Of a stretch of DNA of 64,000 bases, positions 36,991 to 46,240 are shown one piece after another. Every line of letters begins with the position of its first letter. Positions within the stretch are counted from its first letter, which is position 1. The notes under the pieces are model-generated. The model searched no databases. It was not told where the DNA came from and saw only the letters and a list, made by a program, of their open reading frames with translations. Source of the DNA: Patescibacteria group bacterium (GTDB lineage: Bacteria > Patescibacteriota > WWE3 > UBA101185 > UBA10185); the NCBI GenBank assembly GCA_016926555.1, contig JAFGOI010000008.1, forward strand, positions 91,316 through 155,315, in the 5' to 3' direction. Position numbers and translations under genes: made by a program.

Positions 36991-37617
36991 CTAAGTTCGT
37001 TTTCTCATATCATTTTTCATATGAAACAAGGAGAAAGTACTCATAATGGAAAATAGGCCAACTGCCAACATCACAAATTCGTACCCATAAGTTGCCGCGA
37101 TGAACCCTCCAATTGCACCAGCAACAGCTGTACCAAGATCCGTCGCGGAATAATAGATGCTCCATTCCAAACCCTCCTCGTGTTCATCAATATGACGAGT
37201 AAAAATAGCCGGCCACGGAGGAAAAGACAGCGCCGCCCCTAAACCATGCAATATCTGTACTGCATAAACGTGCCAAGGTTCAGAAACAAATAAATATATA
37301 AACGGAACGGAAGTGGAAATTATCGAGCCCGTTATTAGTATCCAAAAATCATCCAGCTCACCCTTTTCAAGATCAATATATCTGGCCACTGGAATTTGAA
37401 CCAGGCTTTTTACTAGAAAATACATACCCATAGCTATACCCACCATAGTTACATCACCGCCGGAAACTTTATCCGTGAAAAATATCGCTAGTATCGGATT
37501 AATAAATCCCCATCCTGTAAACAAAATTAAGTCGGAATACACTAAAGTTTTTATAACCTTATTTATTGTTACTCCCTTGAACAATGTTGAAATATGCTTT
37601 CTTTTCTTCACCATCAA
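36991..37617 (-). CDS. Six-TM membrane protein resembling half of an MFS-type transporter
   Basis: 208 aa of alternating hydrophobic helices. No second half nearby, since rnhB is divergent upstream. Confidence 0.35.
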   Translation of the reverse strand: MMVKKRKHISTLFKGVTINKVIKTLVYSDLILFTGWGFINPILAIFFTDKVSGGDVTMVGIAMGMYFLVKSLVQIPVARYIDLEKGELDDFWILITGSIISTSVPFIYLFVSEPWHVYAVQILHGLGAALSFPPWPAIFTRHIDEHEEGLEWSIYYSATDLGTAVAGAIGGFIAATYGYEFVMLAVGLFSIMSTFSLFHMKNDMRKRT

Positions 37618-37720
37618 TATAGTAACCTAATAACACTGATCATGTCCAATGAACATATGTATAATGTGAAATATGACTAGATTTTCCGAAATGCTTATTT
37701 GGGAGAGAAAGCTTTGGAAT

Positions 37721-38398
37721 ATGGGTGTCAGATTAATCGCTGGTATCGACGAAGTGGGTAAAGGACCCTTAGCAGGACCTGTAGTAGCTTCTGCTGTTAT
37801 ATTGGACTTAAGAAAAGTATTTGAATTTGAAGAGCAATACAATAATAGTACTTTGGACGAAACCAACTCAACCGAAACGAAAGAGCCTAATACACATGAT
37901 AAACTAAAAGATACATTATATATAGAAATAAACGACTCAAAAAAGATATCTGATAAAAAACGACGTTTAATTAGCGATTTCCTGCAAAGTAGAGTACTGG
38001 ATTATGCCATAGCGGAAATATCACATGAATTTATTGACAAGCATGGAATCTCAACCGCAGTTCAATTAGCTTTCTACCAATCTATAAAGGGTCTGGATAT
38101 AAAACCGGAACACGTCCTAACAGATTTTGTTCACATTAGAAAAATCACCGAGCAGCATCAAACTAACATAATACAAGGAGATAGTTTAAGCTTAACTATA
38201 GCAGCGGCCTCGATTATTGCCAAAGTCCACAGGGACAATATCATGATAGACATGCACAACATTTATCCACAGTATCAGTTTCATCAACATAAAGGCTACG
38301 GCACGAAAAAACACATACAGGCGTTAAGAGAATACGGACCCTGTAAGATTCATAGAAGAAGTTTTGAGCCGGTGAAAACGTATTCTAGATATTTTTAG
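37721..38398 (+). CDS. rnhB: Ribonuclease HII (with ~40-aa insertion after the first catalytic motif)
   Basis: MGVRLIAGIDEVGKGPLAGPVVASAVIL...DSKKIS. The track ORF begins at 37673, but the Met at 37721 has a GGGAGAG SD-like upstream. Confidence 0.8.
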   Translation: MGVRLIAGIDEVGKGPLAGPVVASAVILDLRKVFEFEEQYNNSTLDETNSTETKEPNTHDKLKDTLYIEINDSKKISDKKRRLISDFLQSRVLDYAIAEISHEFIDKHGISTAVQLAFYQSIKGLDIKPEHVLTDFVHIRKITEQHQTNIIQGDSLSLTIAAASIIAKVHRDNIMIDMHNIYPQYQFHQHKGYGTKKHIQALREYGPCKIHRRSFEPVKTYSRYF

Positions 38399-38484
38399 TA
38401 TCTTTAGTACCGCGAAGATCCCGGGCAATTGCAACATTAAATCTGCAGAGTAGGGGAGAAAAAATAACGACATATACACTTGTC

Positions 38485-39507
38485 CTAATACAAAGGCTCA
38501 TTTTCACCTAATTCACTAATAGCTTCCTTTTTCGTTTCTTTAATTTCAGCTTTTTTATGAAATCTCTTATGCACATCTTTTAACTGCATATTAGTTACAT
38601 GCGTATAAATCTGTGTCGTTGCCACATTTGAGTGGCCTAATAATTCCTGCACTGACCTCAAATCCGCCCCTTCTCTAAGCAAACCTGTGGCAAAAGTATG
38701 CCTAAGGGTATGCGGCGTAGCATCAACCGAAACGCCAGCTCTTTTAGTATATTTTTTAACTAATCTTTGAACACTTCTTTGCGTCAAACGTAGAGATTCC
38801 CCATCAAAATCACCTGGTTCCATATGTTTTCCTGAATATCGAAGAAACAAAGGCACATAAGGATCATCTCGTGTGCCCAAATATCTCTTAAGCCAAGTAA
38901 CCGCGGAATCTGATAAATACACCGTGCGCACTTTTCTTCCTTTACCTAAAACCGTAAACTCTTTGGAATTTAAATTTATATCTCCAACATTTAGATTAAC
39001 AAGTTCACTGACACGAAGACCTGTACTAAACAAAACCTCAAGTATAGCGTGGTCTCTAATGCCCGAGATTTTATTTAAATCCTGCACTTCAAACATTCGG
39101 GATAGTTGATCTTCATTTAATACTTTAGGTACGCTTTCAGAACCTTTTCCAAGAATAATCTTTTCGGGCGCTAATAAATCAAGCTCATTAACCACAACTA
39201 AAAACTTGAGAAACGCTCTTATAGCGATTAAAAATGTTTTCTGAGTTGATTTTTTGAACTCTAAATTAGATTTTGAACTTATCCTGCGATTAAGATCGAT
39301 CCTGTACTTCTTCACAAGTTCATCGTCAATCTCTTCCAAACTTATGGTATCCCTTTTCTTGTAAGACTTAGCCCAGCCGATAAAATCTCTTAAATAGAAG
39401 TCATACATTTTTATTGTGTTCTGTGAGAGATCTCTTTCAATTTCACAATACTCAAGATAAGACAAGAGTGCGTCTTCGATATTAGATTTGAGAGTTAGTT
39501 TACTCAT
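38485..39507 (-). CDS. Tyrosine site-specific recombinase (XerC/XerD-like, phage integrase family)
   Basis: C-terminal HTLRHTFATGLLREGADLRSVQELLGHSNVATTQIYTHV (R..H..Y catalytic set). Confidence 0.85.
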   Translation of the reverse strand: MSKLTLKSNIEDALLSYLEYCEIERDLSQNTIKMYDFYLRDFIGWAKSYKKRDTISLEEIDDELVKKYRIDLNRRISSKSNLEFKKSTQKTFLIAIRAFLKFLVVVNELDLLAPEKIILGKGSESVPKVLNEDQLSRMFEVQDLNKISGIRDHAILEVLFSTGLRVSELVNLNVGDINLNSKEFTVLGKGRKVRTVYLSDSAVTWLKRYLGTRDDPYVPLFLRYSGKHMEPGDFDGESLRLTQRSVQRLVKKYTKRAGVSVDATPHTLRHTFATGLLREGADLRSVQELLGHSNVATTQIYTHVTNMQLKDVHKRFHKKAEIKETKKEAISELGENEPLY

Positions 39508-39762
39508 ACTTTTTAGCGTGGTTTAAGTTTACTTTACCATAAGATACTACATATACATGATACAATTATCAACTTTTTTTCAAAGTCTTCTTAGAATTGA
39601 TCCTAGAGGCCGAGTTTACTTTGTAGTTGCAACAACAAGGAAAAGGCGCTTGTGGGGTTTTGTAAAGTATAAATCAAGCAGGTTTAATGTTAAAATCTAC
39701 GCAATTTGGAAACCGACTCAGCTTATCTCACATAACCCGTGGGAGAAGAAAGGTGAAACTAA

Positions 39763-40074
39763 ATGATTGTAAAAAGATTTACAAGAAAAAAAGAAGACTT
39801 TATTTGCAATAACTGTGGTTACAAAGTTACTGGAACCGGCTATACTAACCACTGTCCGAAATGCCTTTGGAGCCTTCATGTAGACATAAACCCGGGTGAC
39901 CGCCGAGAAAAGTGCAAAGGCATGATGGAACCTGTTTCGGTTGTTAATACACCAAATGGAATGAAGATTATACATAAGTGTACAAAATGCGGTTATATCA
40001 GCAAAAACACAATCTCCGCCGAAGATACTAGAGAACTTGTGGCCGTCTTATCAACAAATCCAGCTATAATTTAA
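39763..40074 (+). CDS. RNHCP-domain protein (Cys-rich zinc-ribbon-like)
   Basis: FICNNCGY...YTNHCPKCLWSLHVD...KCTKCGY. The (R/T)NHCP motif is present. Confidence 0.55.
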   Translation: MIVKRFTRKKEDFICNNCGYKVTGTGYTNHCPKCLWSLHVDINPGDRREKCKGMMEPVSVVNTPNGMKIIHKCTKCGYISKNTISAEDTRELVAVLSTNPAII

Positions 40075-40514
40075 CTTATTTCCTCATATATCATAACCAA
40101 AACGTACATACTAGCCGTAGGGGCGGGAAATAAGCGGCATTAAAAGACGATAGAAAAGCGATATGTAACTCAGTATAGAGTAGGGATTTATTTATTTTAA
40201 TTAAATTAAATTTCTGACTATACCCACTTTCCATATTTTTTTTATTAGGGAATTACAAAAGAGTAGTCTAAAACTCCTAGACACCACACGTCGTATAATG
40301 TATGTTTAACGACGTATAATATAGAAATTTCACAGCAACGGAACAATTCACTAAAATAGACACATCTAATTAGTAGGGAGTAAGCTGGGCTCTATCCTTT
40401 ACACTTTTATTCAGTTCTGTATATTAAATGCTTTTTTTTATGAATTAATACAAAATTATTTATTTATTAATCTGCTTCTAACAAGTCTGTTTGTGCTTAA
40501 TTTCCAATGATTTT

Positions 40515-40523
40515 TTATCCACA
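40515..40523 (+). promoter_or_regulatory. Perfect consensus DnaA box TTATCCACA
   Basis: ttttTTATCCACAacc read directly, inside a 660-bp AT-rich non-coding region. Confidence 0.5.
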
Positions 40524-40537
40524 ACCTAAATCCAGAA

Positions 40538-40624
40538 GTATGACAACTCTACTCTAGAGGATGTATGACAATTTTACAAAATATATATGACAATTCTACA
40601 GATCTGATGTATGACATTTCTACA
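40538..40624 (+). repeat. Four tandem iteron-like direct repeats (core (G/A)TATGACA(A/T)(C/T)T(C/T)TAC(A), 23-25 bp period)
   Basis: Cores read directly at 40538 (GTATGACAACTCTAC), 40563 (GTATGACAATTTTAC), 40586 (ATATGACAATTCTACA) and 40609 (GTATGACATTTCTACA). Confidence 0.75.
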
Positions 40625-40733
40625 TGAAGATTGAACCCTAATTTTACCCTAACACCGGCACCCTATAGTATTATGTGCTAAACATAACAACCTACTACTC
40701 TACTTTTGGCTGTATCTAAGGGAAATAAAAAGA

Positions 40734-41534
40734 TCAGCTGTGAAATAATAGCGCTAATATAACAAATAAAAAAACTGTGGAAATGTTCTGAAAAATATAT
40801 TTTTTTGTAATATTATTTTTTAGGTGCGCGTTTACATAGCTTAGACCATACATAAGAACTGAAGACACAACCAACGCCCTTAGAAAGGCTTCAGAAGGAA
40901 AAAACGATAAGCCTATGGATACAGAAGAAACCATGAAAAACACCAACGCGGATAATAATATCTCTTCCCCCACCCTTATCCTTTTTGCTTCTACATCAAG
41001 CTTTAATGACCATATTTGATACATACACATAAAATAGCCAATAAATCCTACCAACAAAGCATGGTAAACAGAATTGATCGGTATTTTAAATAACCCTACG
41101 TACAATGGAATTGATACCAATGACGAAAGAATCTGACTCCACGTTATCGCTACCCTATACAAAGGGATCAATTCGTCCTTATCTGATACTACCAGAAATA
41201 TATTATCCGAAAGCAGAATTAAATAATAAAGAACTCCACAGCCTAGAATAGATATCAACTGAAAAATATACGTAAAATTAGGGAAACTTCTTAGAAAAAT
41301 AACACTCCCCAACAACAAGCTTGCCGGCAGTAAGGAGGCCATATGCACATTCCTGACCCCAATATTTGGATAGTGAGCTAAAACTACATTTATTAAAGTA
41401 AATACAATCACAGCTACCAATAATCTAAATGTAGACAACATAAAAGTGCTAAACACAAGATAGATAAACATACACGCTATTGCCGTATGAAAAAGGAATC
41501 TTTGTCTTTTATCTATCTGTAGTAATTTAATCAT
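40734..41534 (-). CDS. Polytopic integral membrane protein, function unknown
   Basis: 266 aa with ~7 hydrophobic segments. No recognisable motif. Confidence 0.5.
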   Translation of the reverse strand: MIKLLQIDKRQRFLFHTAIACMFIYLVFSTFMLSTFRLLVAVIVFTLINVVLAHYPNIGVRNVHMASLLPASLLLGSVIFLRSFPNFTYIFQLISILGCGVLYYLILLSDNIFLVVSDKDELIPLYRVAITWSQILSSLVSIPLYVGLFKIPINSVYHALLVGFIGYFMCMYQIWSLKLDVEAKRIRVGEEILLSALVFFMVSSVSIGLSFFPSEAFLRALVVSSVLMYGLSYVNAHLKNNITKKYIFQNISTVFLFVILALLFHS

Positions 41535-42070
41535 CTCGGAGAAAAATTGGAGTATATTTCCTGAACATCGTCATTATCTTCCAATCTTTCATTCAACTTT
41601 TCCAGTTTACCATGAGTTTCCTTGTCCACTTCAATTACAAATGAGGGTTTACTTGGATCTTGCGCAAAAATATAAGAAGTACTTCCACTTGCACCTAAGG
41701 ATCCACCGGAACTAGTTAGAATATTCCGTATTTCCGACACTACCCTATTTCTATTATCAGTAATAACTTTAATATAATATGCTACCCCACCCGGTCCGAA
41801 GCCTTCATATATTATTTCCTCTAAATTCTCACTGTCACTGCCTTTACCTGTACCTTTTTTTATCGCTCTTTCAATGTTATCTTTCGGCATTCGCGCATGT
41901 TTTGCCTTATCAATAGCTAACCTAAGTGAAGGATTGGCATCCGGGTCTCCCCCACCCTTCTTCGCAGCTATAGTTATTAACCGCGCGATCTTAGTAAACT
42001 CCTGACTTCTTTTTGCATCATTTATAGCTTTATCACGCTTAATTGTTGACCATTTTGAATGTCCTGACAT
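41531..42070 (-). CDS. YebC/PmpR-family protein (probable transcriptional/translational regulator), C-terminally short
   Basis: [57 protein letters not shown] and [21 protein letters not shown]. Confidence 0.8.
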   Translation of the reverse strand: MSGHSKWSTIKRDKAINDAKRSQEFTKIARLITIAAKKGGGDPDANPSLRLAIDKAKHARMPKDNIERAIKKGTGKGSDSENLEEIIYEGFGPGGVAYYIKVITDNRNRVVSEIRNILTSSGGSLGASGSTSYIFAQDPSKPSFVIEVDKETHGKLEKLNERLEDNDDVQEIYSNFSPR

Positions 42071-42132
42071 ACCGAAATATTACCACTTTGGACACCATTG
42101 ACAAAACAGTTTTTTACGATATTCTGATACAC

Positions 42133-42798
42133 ATGCAAAAAATTGCCAAGAGAGCAATTGACGCTGCTCTTAAAGCAAATTGGGACGAAGCAATAGAATT
42201 AAATTTACGGATTCTGGATCTAGACCCGAAGAATATTAACGCTAAAAACAGGCTCGCAAGAGCTTATATCCAAAGTAATCAAGTATCAAAAGCTAGAGAA
42301 ATCCTCCAAAGCGTCTTAAAACAGGACCCTATTAATACAGTTGCAAAGAAAAACCTAAAGCTGCTCAATTCAAAGAGTAGAAACCATATTAAAGCATTAG
42401 ATAAAGACTCATTAGTGAAAGAGCCTGGTACAACCATAGAACTTAAAATTGAAATTTCAAACTCCAACTTATCGTCTGACGACTTTATACCTGGTGAGAA
42501 ATTAGAGATCTCAAAGAAGAAAACCGCAATTAGTCTGCTAAAAGAAGGAACTAGAACTGTTATATCAGAGATTTCCGACCCATCTATAATTAACAAAATC
42601 TCACAGACAATTAAACAAAAAGAGAAAATATATATCCGATATGTAAAAGGTAGAGGGAAAAACGCAACGATCATGATCAAATCATCTTTACCTCTTTTTA
42701 AATCTCAGAGACAGGATATAAGACCATACGTTAAAAAAGGCACTATAGAAGAGCCGGAAATAGAAATACCTGAGAATGAAATGATCGAAACTAGTTAA
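42133..42798 (+). CDS. TPR-repeat protein
   Basis: MQKIAKRAIDAALKANWDEAIELNLRILDLDPKNINAKNRLARAYIQSNQVSKAREILQSVLKQDP. The start was moved from 42043 to avoid overlap with yebC. Confidence 0.5.
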   Translation: MQKIAKRAIDAALKANWDEAIELNLRILDLDPKNINAKNRLARAYIQSNQVSKAREILQSVLKQDPINTVAKKNLKLLNSKSRNHIKALDKDSLVKEPGTTIELKIEISNSNLSSDDFIPGEKLEISKKKTAISLLKEGTRTVISEISDPSIINKISQTIKQKEKIYIRYVKGRGKNATIMIKSSLPLFKSQRQDIRPYVKKGTIEEPEIEIPENEMIETS

Positions 42799-42809
42799 AT
42801 CAATCCAGT

Positions 42810-43649
42810 TTATCTTAAATCATCGTCTTCAAACACAACTTCCTTTTTTGGTGTATTTTCTTCAGTCTCTCCACTACTTTTTTCGTCCTTCTGTTCTCTT
42901 ACATTGGGCGACTTGTTCTTTCTTTTATTTTTCTTGGGTTTAGCTGATAAACCTTGTTTCTCCGACGGGTTTCCTTGTTGCTTTGTTGCATCCTGCCCGT
43001 TTGGAGAGACACCCGCTTTTTTCACATCTTCTTTTGGCTTCGCATCATTTTGCGGAGGTACCACCTTAGCTTCATCAGATCGTACTAATGTCATCTCACC
43101 TTCTGTATTAGTGTCAATAGACTTGACCCCTCCTATTGTATTAACTCGCTCATCTGTTCCAACTTCCTTATCTTCTTTTTGTGTAATCAACCTATCGAAC
43201 GTTGCATAAGGAGCGAAAGGCTTCTTTTCCGGTAATAAAACGAAAACCTTATCGTTGAGCTTTATCTTATTGTAATCTACAACCTCATCCACAATTCTAT
43301 GACTGCCGTGCTCCGTCAGAACATACCAATTGCCCTCTTTTTTTGAAACTATTCCCTCCACTTTCTTTCTATTTACTTTTTTTATGTGCTTGAAACTTTT
43401 CTGATCACCTTTTTGGACCATTTTTAGAGTATCGCCGTATACCAACTTAGTCTTGGCAGCGTAATTATTAGGAACATCAAACGCTTCCCCCTCATCCGTT
43501 ACCATCTCAACACCGTTGAATGTACCTACAATACCCGGTTCCTCACTTTTGACCACAGCTTTTTTCCCAGAACCTTTCAATAACCCCTTAAACTCCGCAA
43601 ATTCCCCTTCCAGCTTTTCTATCCTTTTTAATAAATCTGTATTTTCCAT
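42810..43649 (-). CDS. Hypothetical protein with Lys/Glu-rich disordered C-terminus
   Basis: 279 aa ORF in a tightly packed region. No motif recognised. Confidence 0.4.
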   Translation of the reverse strand: MENTDLLKRIEKLEGEFAEFKGLLKGSGKKAVVKSEEPGIVGTFNGVEMVTDEGEAFDVPNNYAAKTKLVYGDTLKMVQKGDQKSFKHIKKVNRKKVEGIVSKKEGNWYVLTEHGSHRIVDEVVDYNKIKLNDKVFVLLPEKKPFAPYATFDRLITQKEDKEVGTDERVNTIGGVKSIDTNTEGEMTLVRSDEAKVVPPQNDAKPKEDVKKAGVSPNGQDATKQQGNPSEKQGLSAKPKKNKRKNKSPNVREQKDEKSSGETEENTPKKEVVFEDDDLR

Positions 43650-43652
43650 ATA

Positions 43653-46187
43653 TTACTCACTCAAATCGGCCTCTTCTACGCCCTTTTTCGAACGATGTTC
43701 CTGCGCAATGGCCGCACCTTTATCAAAACTAGTCTCTATCCACTTTGATATTTTCTGCTCAACATATTCCCTATTAGTACCATGCTTCTCTCTGCTCAAA
43801 GCGAGAACCCTTTCCCTATTTTCTGTCTTTTTCACTACAAAATCACCCTCCCAAGGTACCAAAATCCTCGCTGAAAAAGGCAACGACGTCATTCCGTCTA
43901 TCATTAGTTTAATATATATCTGAAACCTTTCAAGCGATATTATATCTTCAGCACTAAAATACGGTGAGAATTCGTATTCCATTGCTCTAGCATCAGGAGC
44001 ACCAAGTGAAAACGCAGCTATAGTACCAACGTTTCCAAACACAGCCTTAAGAATTTCCTCAGGCAGCTGTGCTGTAAACTGATGAGTTAAATATAACCCC
44101 AGCTTATATTTTCTTGATTCTGACAGTATTTCCTCAAAACTGCCTGTTGCAAAATTTTGGAATTCGTCCACATACAGATAAAATGGCCTTCTTTTCTCAT
44201 ATGGTATCTTTGCCCGCTGAAGCGCGTAAAACTGAAGCCTGGATACTAAAAGGGCTCCCAATAAATTAGCGTTGTCAGATCCAATTTTACCTTTAGATAG
44301 ATTCATCAATAATATCTTCCCGTCATTCATGGCCTCCCATATATTTATAGTCGAGTTCCTTTGGCCCAATATATTCCTAATAGTCGGAGAGGCCAAGAAT
44401 CTGTTTACCTTATTTTGTATAGGAGCTATAGCCTCTGTTACAAATCGTTGATTACCTGAAAGGTTTTTATACTCAGTTTCCCAAAAACGTTTTACTACTG
44501 AATCCTCAACATAATGGAGAATGTAATTTCTATAATTCTTATCCTCTAATAACCGGGTTATAGCTAACATAGTTGTTCCAGGAACCTCCAACAAGGTCAG
44601 AATAGCATAATTCAGCAGATACTCTAATCTAGGACCCCATGAATAATCAAAATGCTGTTTTATGGCCGCCACGAGACCAGAAGCCATCAAATTCTTCTGA
44701 GACGAATCTTCCAATTCAAGTAAGTTCAAACCAATCGGCCTATCTGTATCGGAAGGATCTAAATAAATAACATCATCCAGACGATGGTCCGGAATACGAT
44801 CAAGTATTTTTTCAATAGTCTCCCCATGCGGATCAAGAATTCCCACACCTTCTCCATTCACAATATCCTGAGTAATCATAGTCTCAAGTAGTGTACTTTT
44901 GCCTGTACCAGACTTCCCAATCAAATACATATGCCTTAACCTGTCATCTCCATTTTTCAGACCAAACCTCACTTTCTTACTTCTATACAGCGTGTCGCCT
45001 AAATATACACAATCCGCTGTCGGTAGATTAGAGGGGGGTTCTGACTTTCTGGAATAACTCCACGCTATAAAGGGCGTTGTAACAGAGGAAGAAGGAAGAT
45101 GATATATAGTAGCTAATTCTTGGGTATTCAATATCATCGACGAATCACTATCAAAGTATCTAGACTCATAATTCTTGAGCTCCTCTGACTTATTTGGGGA
45201 TAATATAGGTGTCAAACTGTTTGCACTTGCTATTGAAAACTGCTGTAGCGACGCTAGAAAATGCCTCATGTTTATATTTACCCTCTGTTCCGATTCCCCC
45301 GCGGACAATACTCTTACAACTACACCAAATCCCATTCGCCCTAACTTTGACTCTATCGCTTCCAGTTCGGCTTCCTGTGTAACACTTAATCGAACCGGCT
45401 CCTCCTTCACATTAACTGGTGTTCTGCTTCTGTCATCTTCCGCGGGACGCTGGAATATCGCAACTGGAATATCGGCGATAATATCAACAAATTCCCTGAA
45501 AATGTCTCCAAAGGCATCTTTAAATACATCAATAAAACTTCTTCCCCTTTTCTTTACATCCTCCCCCGCTTTCACCGCGGCAATATAATCAGCCCCTTCC
45601 TGCTGCCAAACATCGGCTAGTGGTCTTATTACATACTGAATCCACACACGCTCATCTTCTTGTATTTCAGAAACAGCCGATGTTAAAGCCGACAGAGTAT
45701 CCACTTCAAAGTCTTTATAAGTCTTTATGGGGAAGAAATCAGGTTTGGTCAGACTTACTAATGAAACGTCGTAAACTAAACCGCTGCCATCTAGTTCCCG
45801 GCTGTAGTCTTCCACCATCTTTATCTGCGCCGTTGGATGATGAGCATAAACCTGCCCCTCAACAAATTTCATTACACTCGCGGGAGCCACAACAAAAAAC
45901 CGTATACCACCCGCTCCAGAGGATATAAATTCAAAAGAAACATGCTCCTGCAAACTGGCATCTTCCTTCAACAACCCGTGCAAAGAAGCGAACATATGCT
46001 CCGCCGCAACTGATTTCGAGTCTGGCGCATCACCAATATCAGTTCTACTCACCTGTATCTCAAGAACCTGCAGATCCTGCATACCCGCATCTTCGTTACC
46101 TTTATTCAACTGTCTTATTTTGTAATAAATAACAGAAGATATAGCTAAAAAGCCTATAAAAATGATCGCTAAATAGGATATTTCCAT
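43653..46187 (-). CDS. FtsK/HerA-superfamily P-loop ATPase, VirB4/VirD4 (type IV secretion)-like, single N-terminal TM
   Basis: Walker A LIGKSGTGKSTLLETM at aa ~425, ILDPHGE, Walker B YLYVDEFQNF, and RKYKLGLYLTHQFTAQL. N-terminal TM LAIIFIGFLAISSVIYY. 844 aa. Confidence 0.5.
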   Translation of the reverse strand: MEISYLAIIFIGFLAISSVIYYKIRQLNKGNEDAGMQDLQVLEIQVSRTDIGDAPDSKSVAAEHMFASLHGLLKEDASLQEHVSFEFISSGAGGIRFFVVAPASVMKFVEGQVYAHHPTAQIKMVEDYSRELDGSGLVYDVSLVSLTKPDFFPIKTYKDFEVDTLSALTSAVSEIQEDERVWIQYVIRPLADVWQQEGADYIAAVKAGEDVKKRGRSFIDVFKDAFGDIFREFVDIIADIPVAIFQRPAEDDRSRTPVNVKEEPVRLSVTQEAELEAIESKLGRMGFGVVVRVLSAGESEQRVNINMRHFLASLQQFSIASANSLTPILSPNKSEELKNYESRYFDSDSSMILNTQELATIYHLPSSSVTTPFIAWSYSRKSEPPSNLPTADCVYLGDTLYRSKKVRFGLKNGDDRLRHMYLIGKSGTGKSTLLETMITQDIVNGEGVGILDPHGETIEKILDRIPDHRLDDVIYLDPSDTDRPIGLNLLELEDSSQKNLMASGLVAAIKQHFDYSWGPRLEYLLNYAILTLLEVPGTTMLAITRLLEDKNYRNYILHYVEDSVVKRFWETEYKNLSGNQRFVTEAIAPIQNKVNRFLASPTIRNILGQRNSTINIWEAMNDGKILLMNLSKGKIGSDNANLLGALLVSRLQFYALQRAKIPYEKRRPFYLYVDEFQNFATGSFEEILSESRKYKLGLYLTHQFTAQLPEEILKAVFGNVGTIAAFSLGAPDARAMEYEFSPYFSAEDIISLERFQIYIKLMIDGMTSLPFSARILVPWEGDFVVKKTENRERVLALSREKHGTNREYVEQKISKWIETSFDKGAAIAQEHRSKKGVEEADLSE

Positions 46188-46191
46188 GGTT

Positions 46192-46217
46192 AACCCCGCC
46201 CTAATTTGGGGCGGGGT
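46192..46217 (-). promoter_or_regulatory. 10-bp GC-rich hairpin ending 4 nt upstream of the ATPase start codon
   Basis: AACCCCGCCCtaatttGGGCGGGGTT. No U-tract, so not a canonical terminator. It would sequester a G-rich SD-like run. Confidence 0.4.
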
Positions 46218-46240
46218 TGAAAGGAGAGAGCATCACAATG

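Noticed and set aside
40538-40624. Possible mini-CRISPR array
   Set aside because: The four 16-bp repeats are separated by only 7-9 bp of related sequence, not by unique spacers of CRISPR length, and no cas genes are nearby. An iteron or binding-site array fits better.
42043-42132. Long N-terminal extension of the TPR protein overlapping yebC
   Set aside because: It overlaps the divergent yebC start. The Met at 42133 gives a clean non-overlapping start.
46192-46217. Intrinsic terminator for the LCP-like gene
   Set aside because: There is no U-tract on the minus strand after the stem. It is reported instead as a possible translational or processing hairpin.
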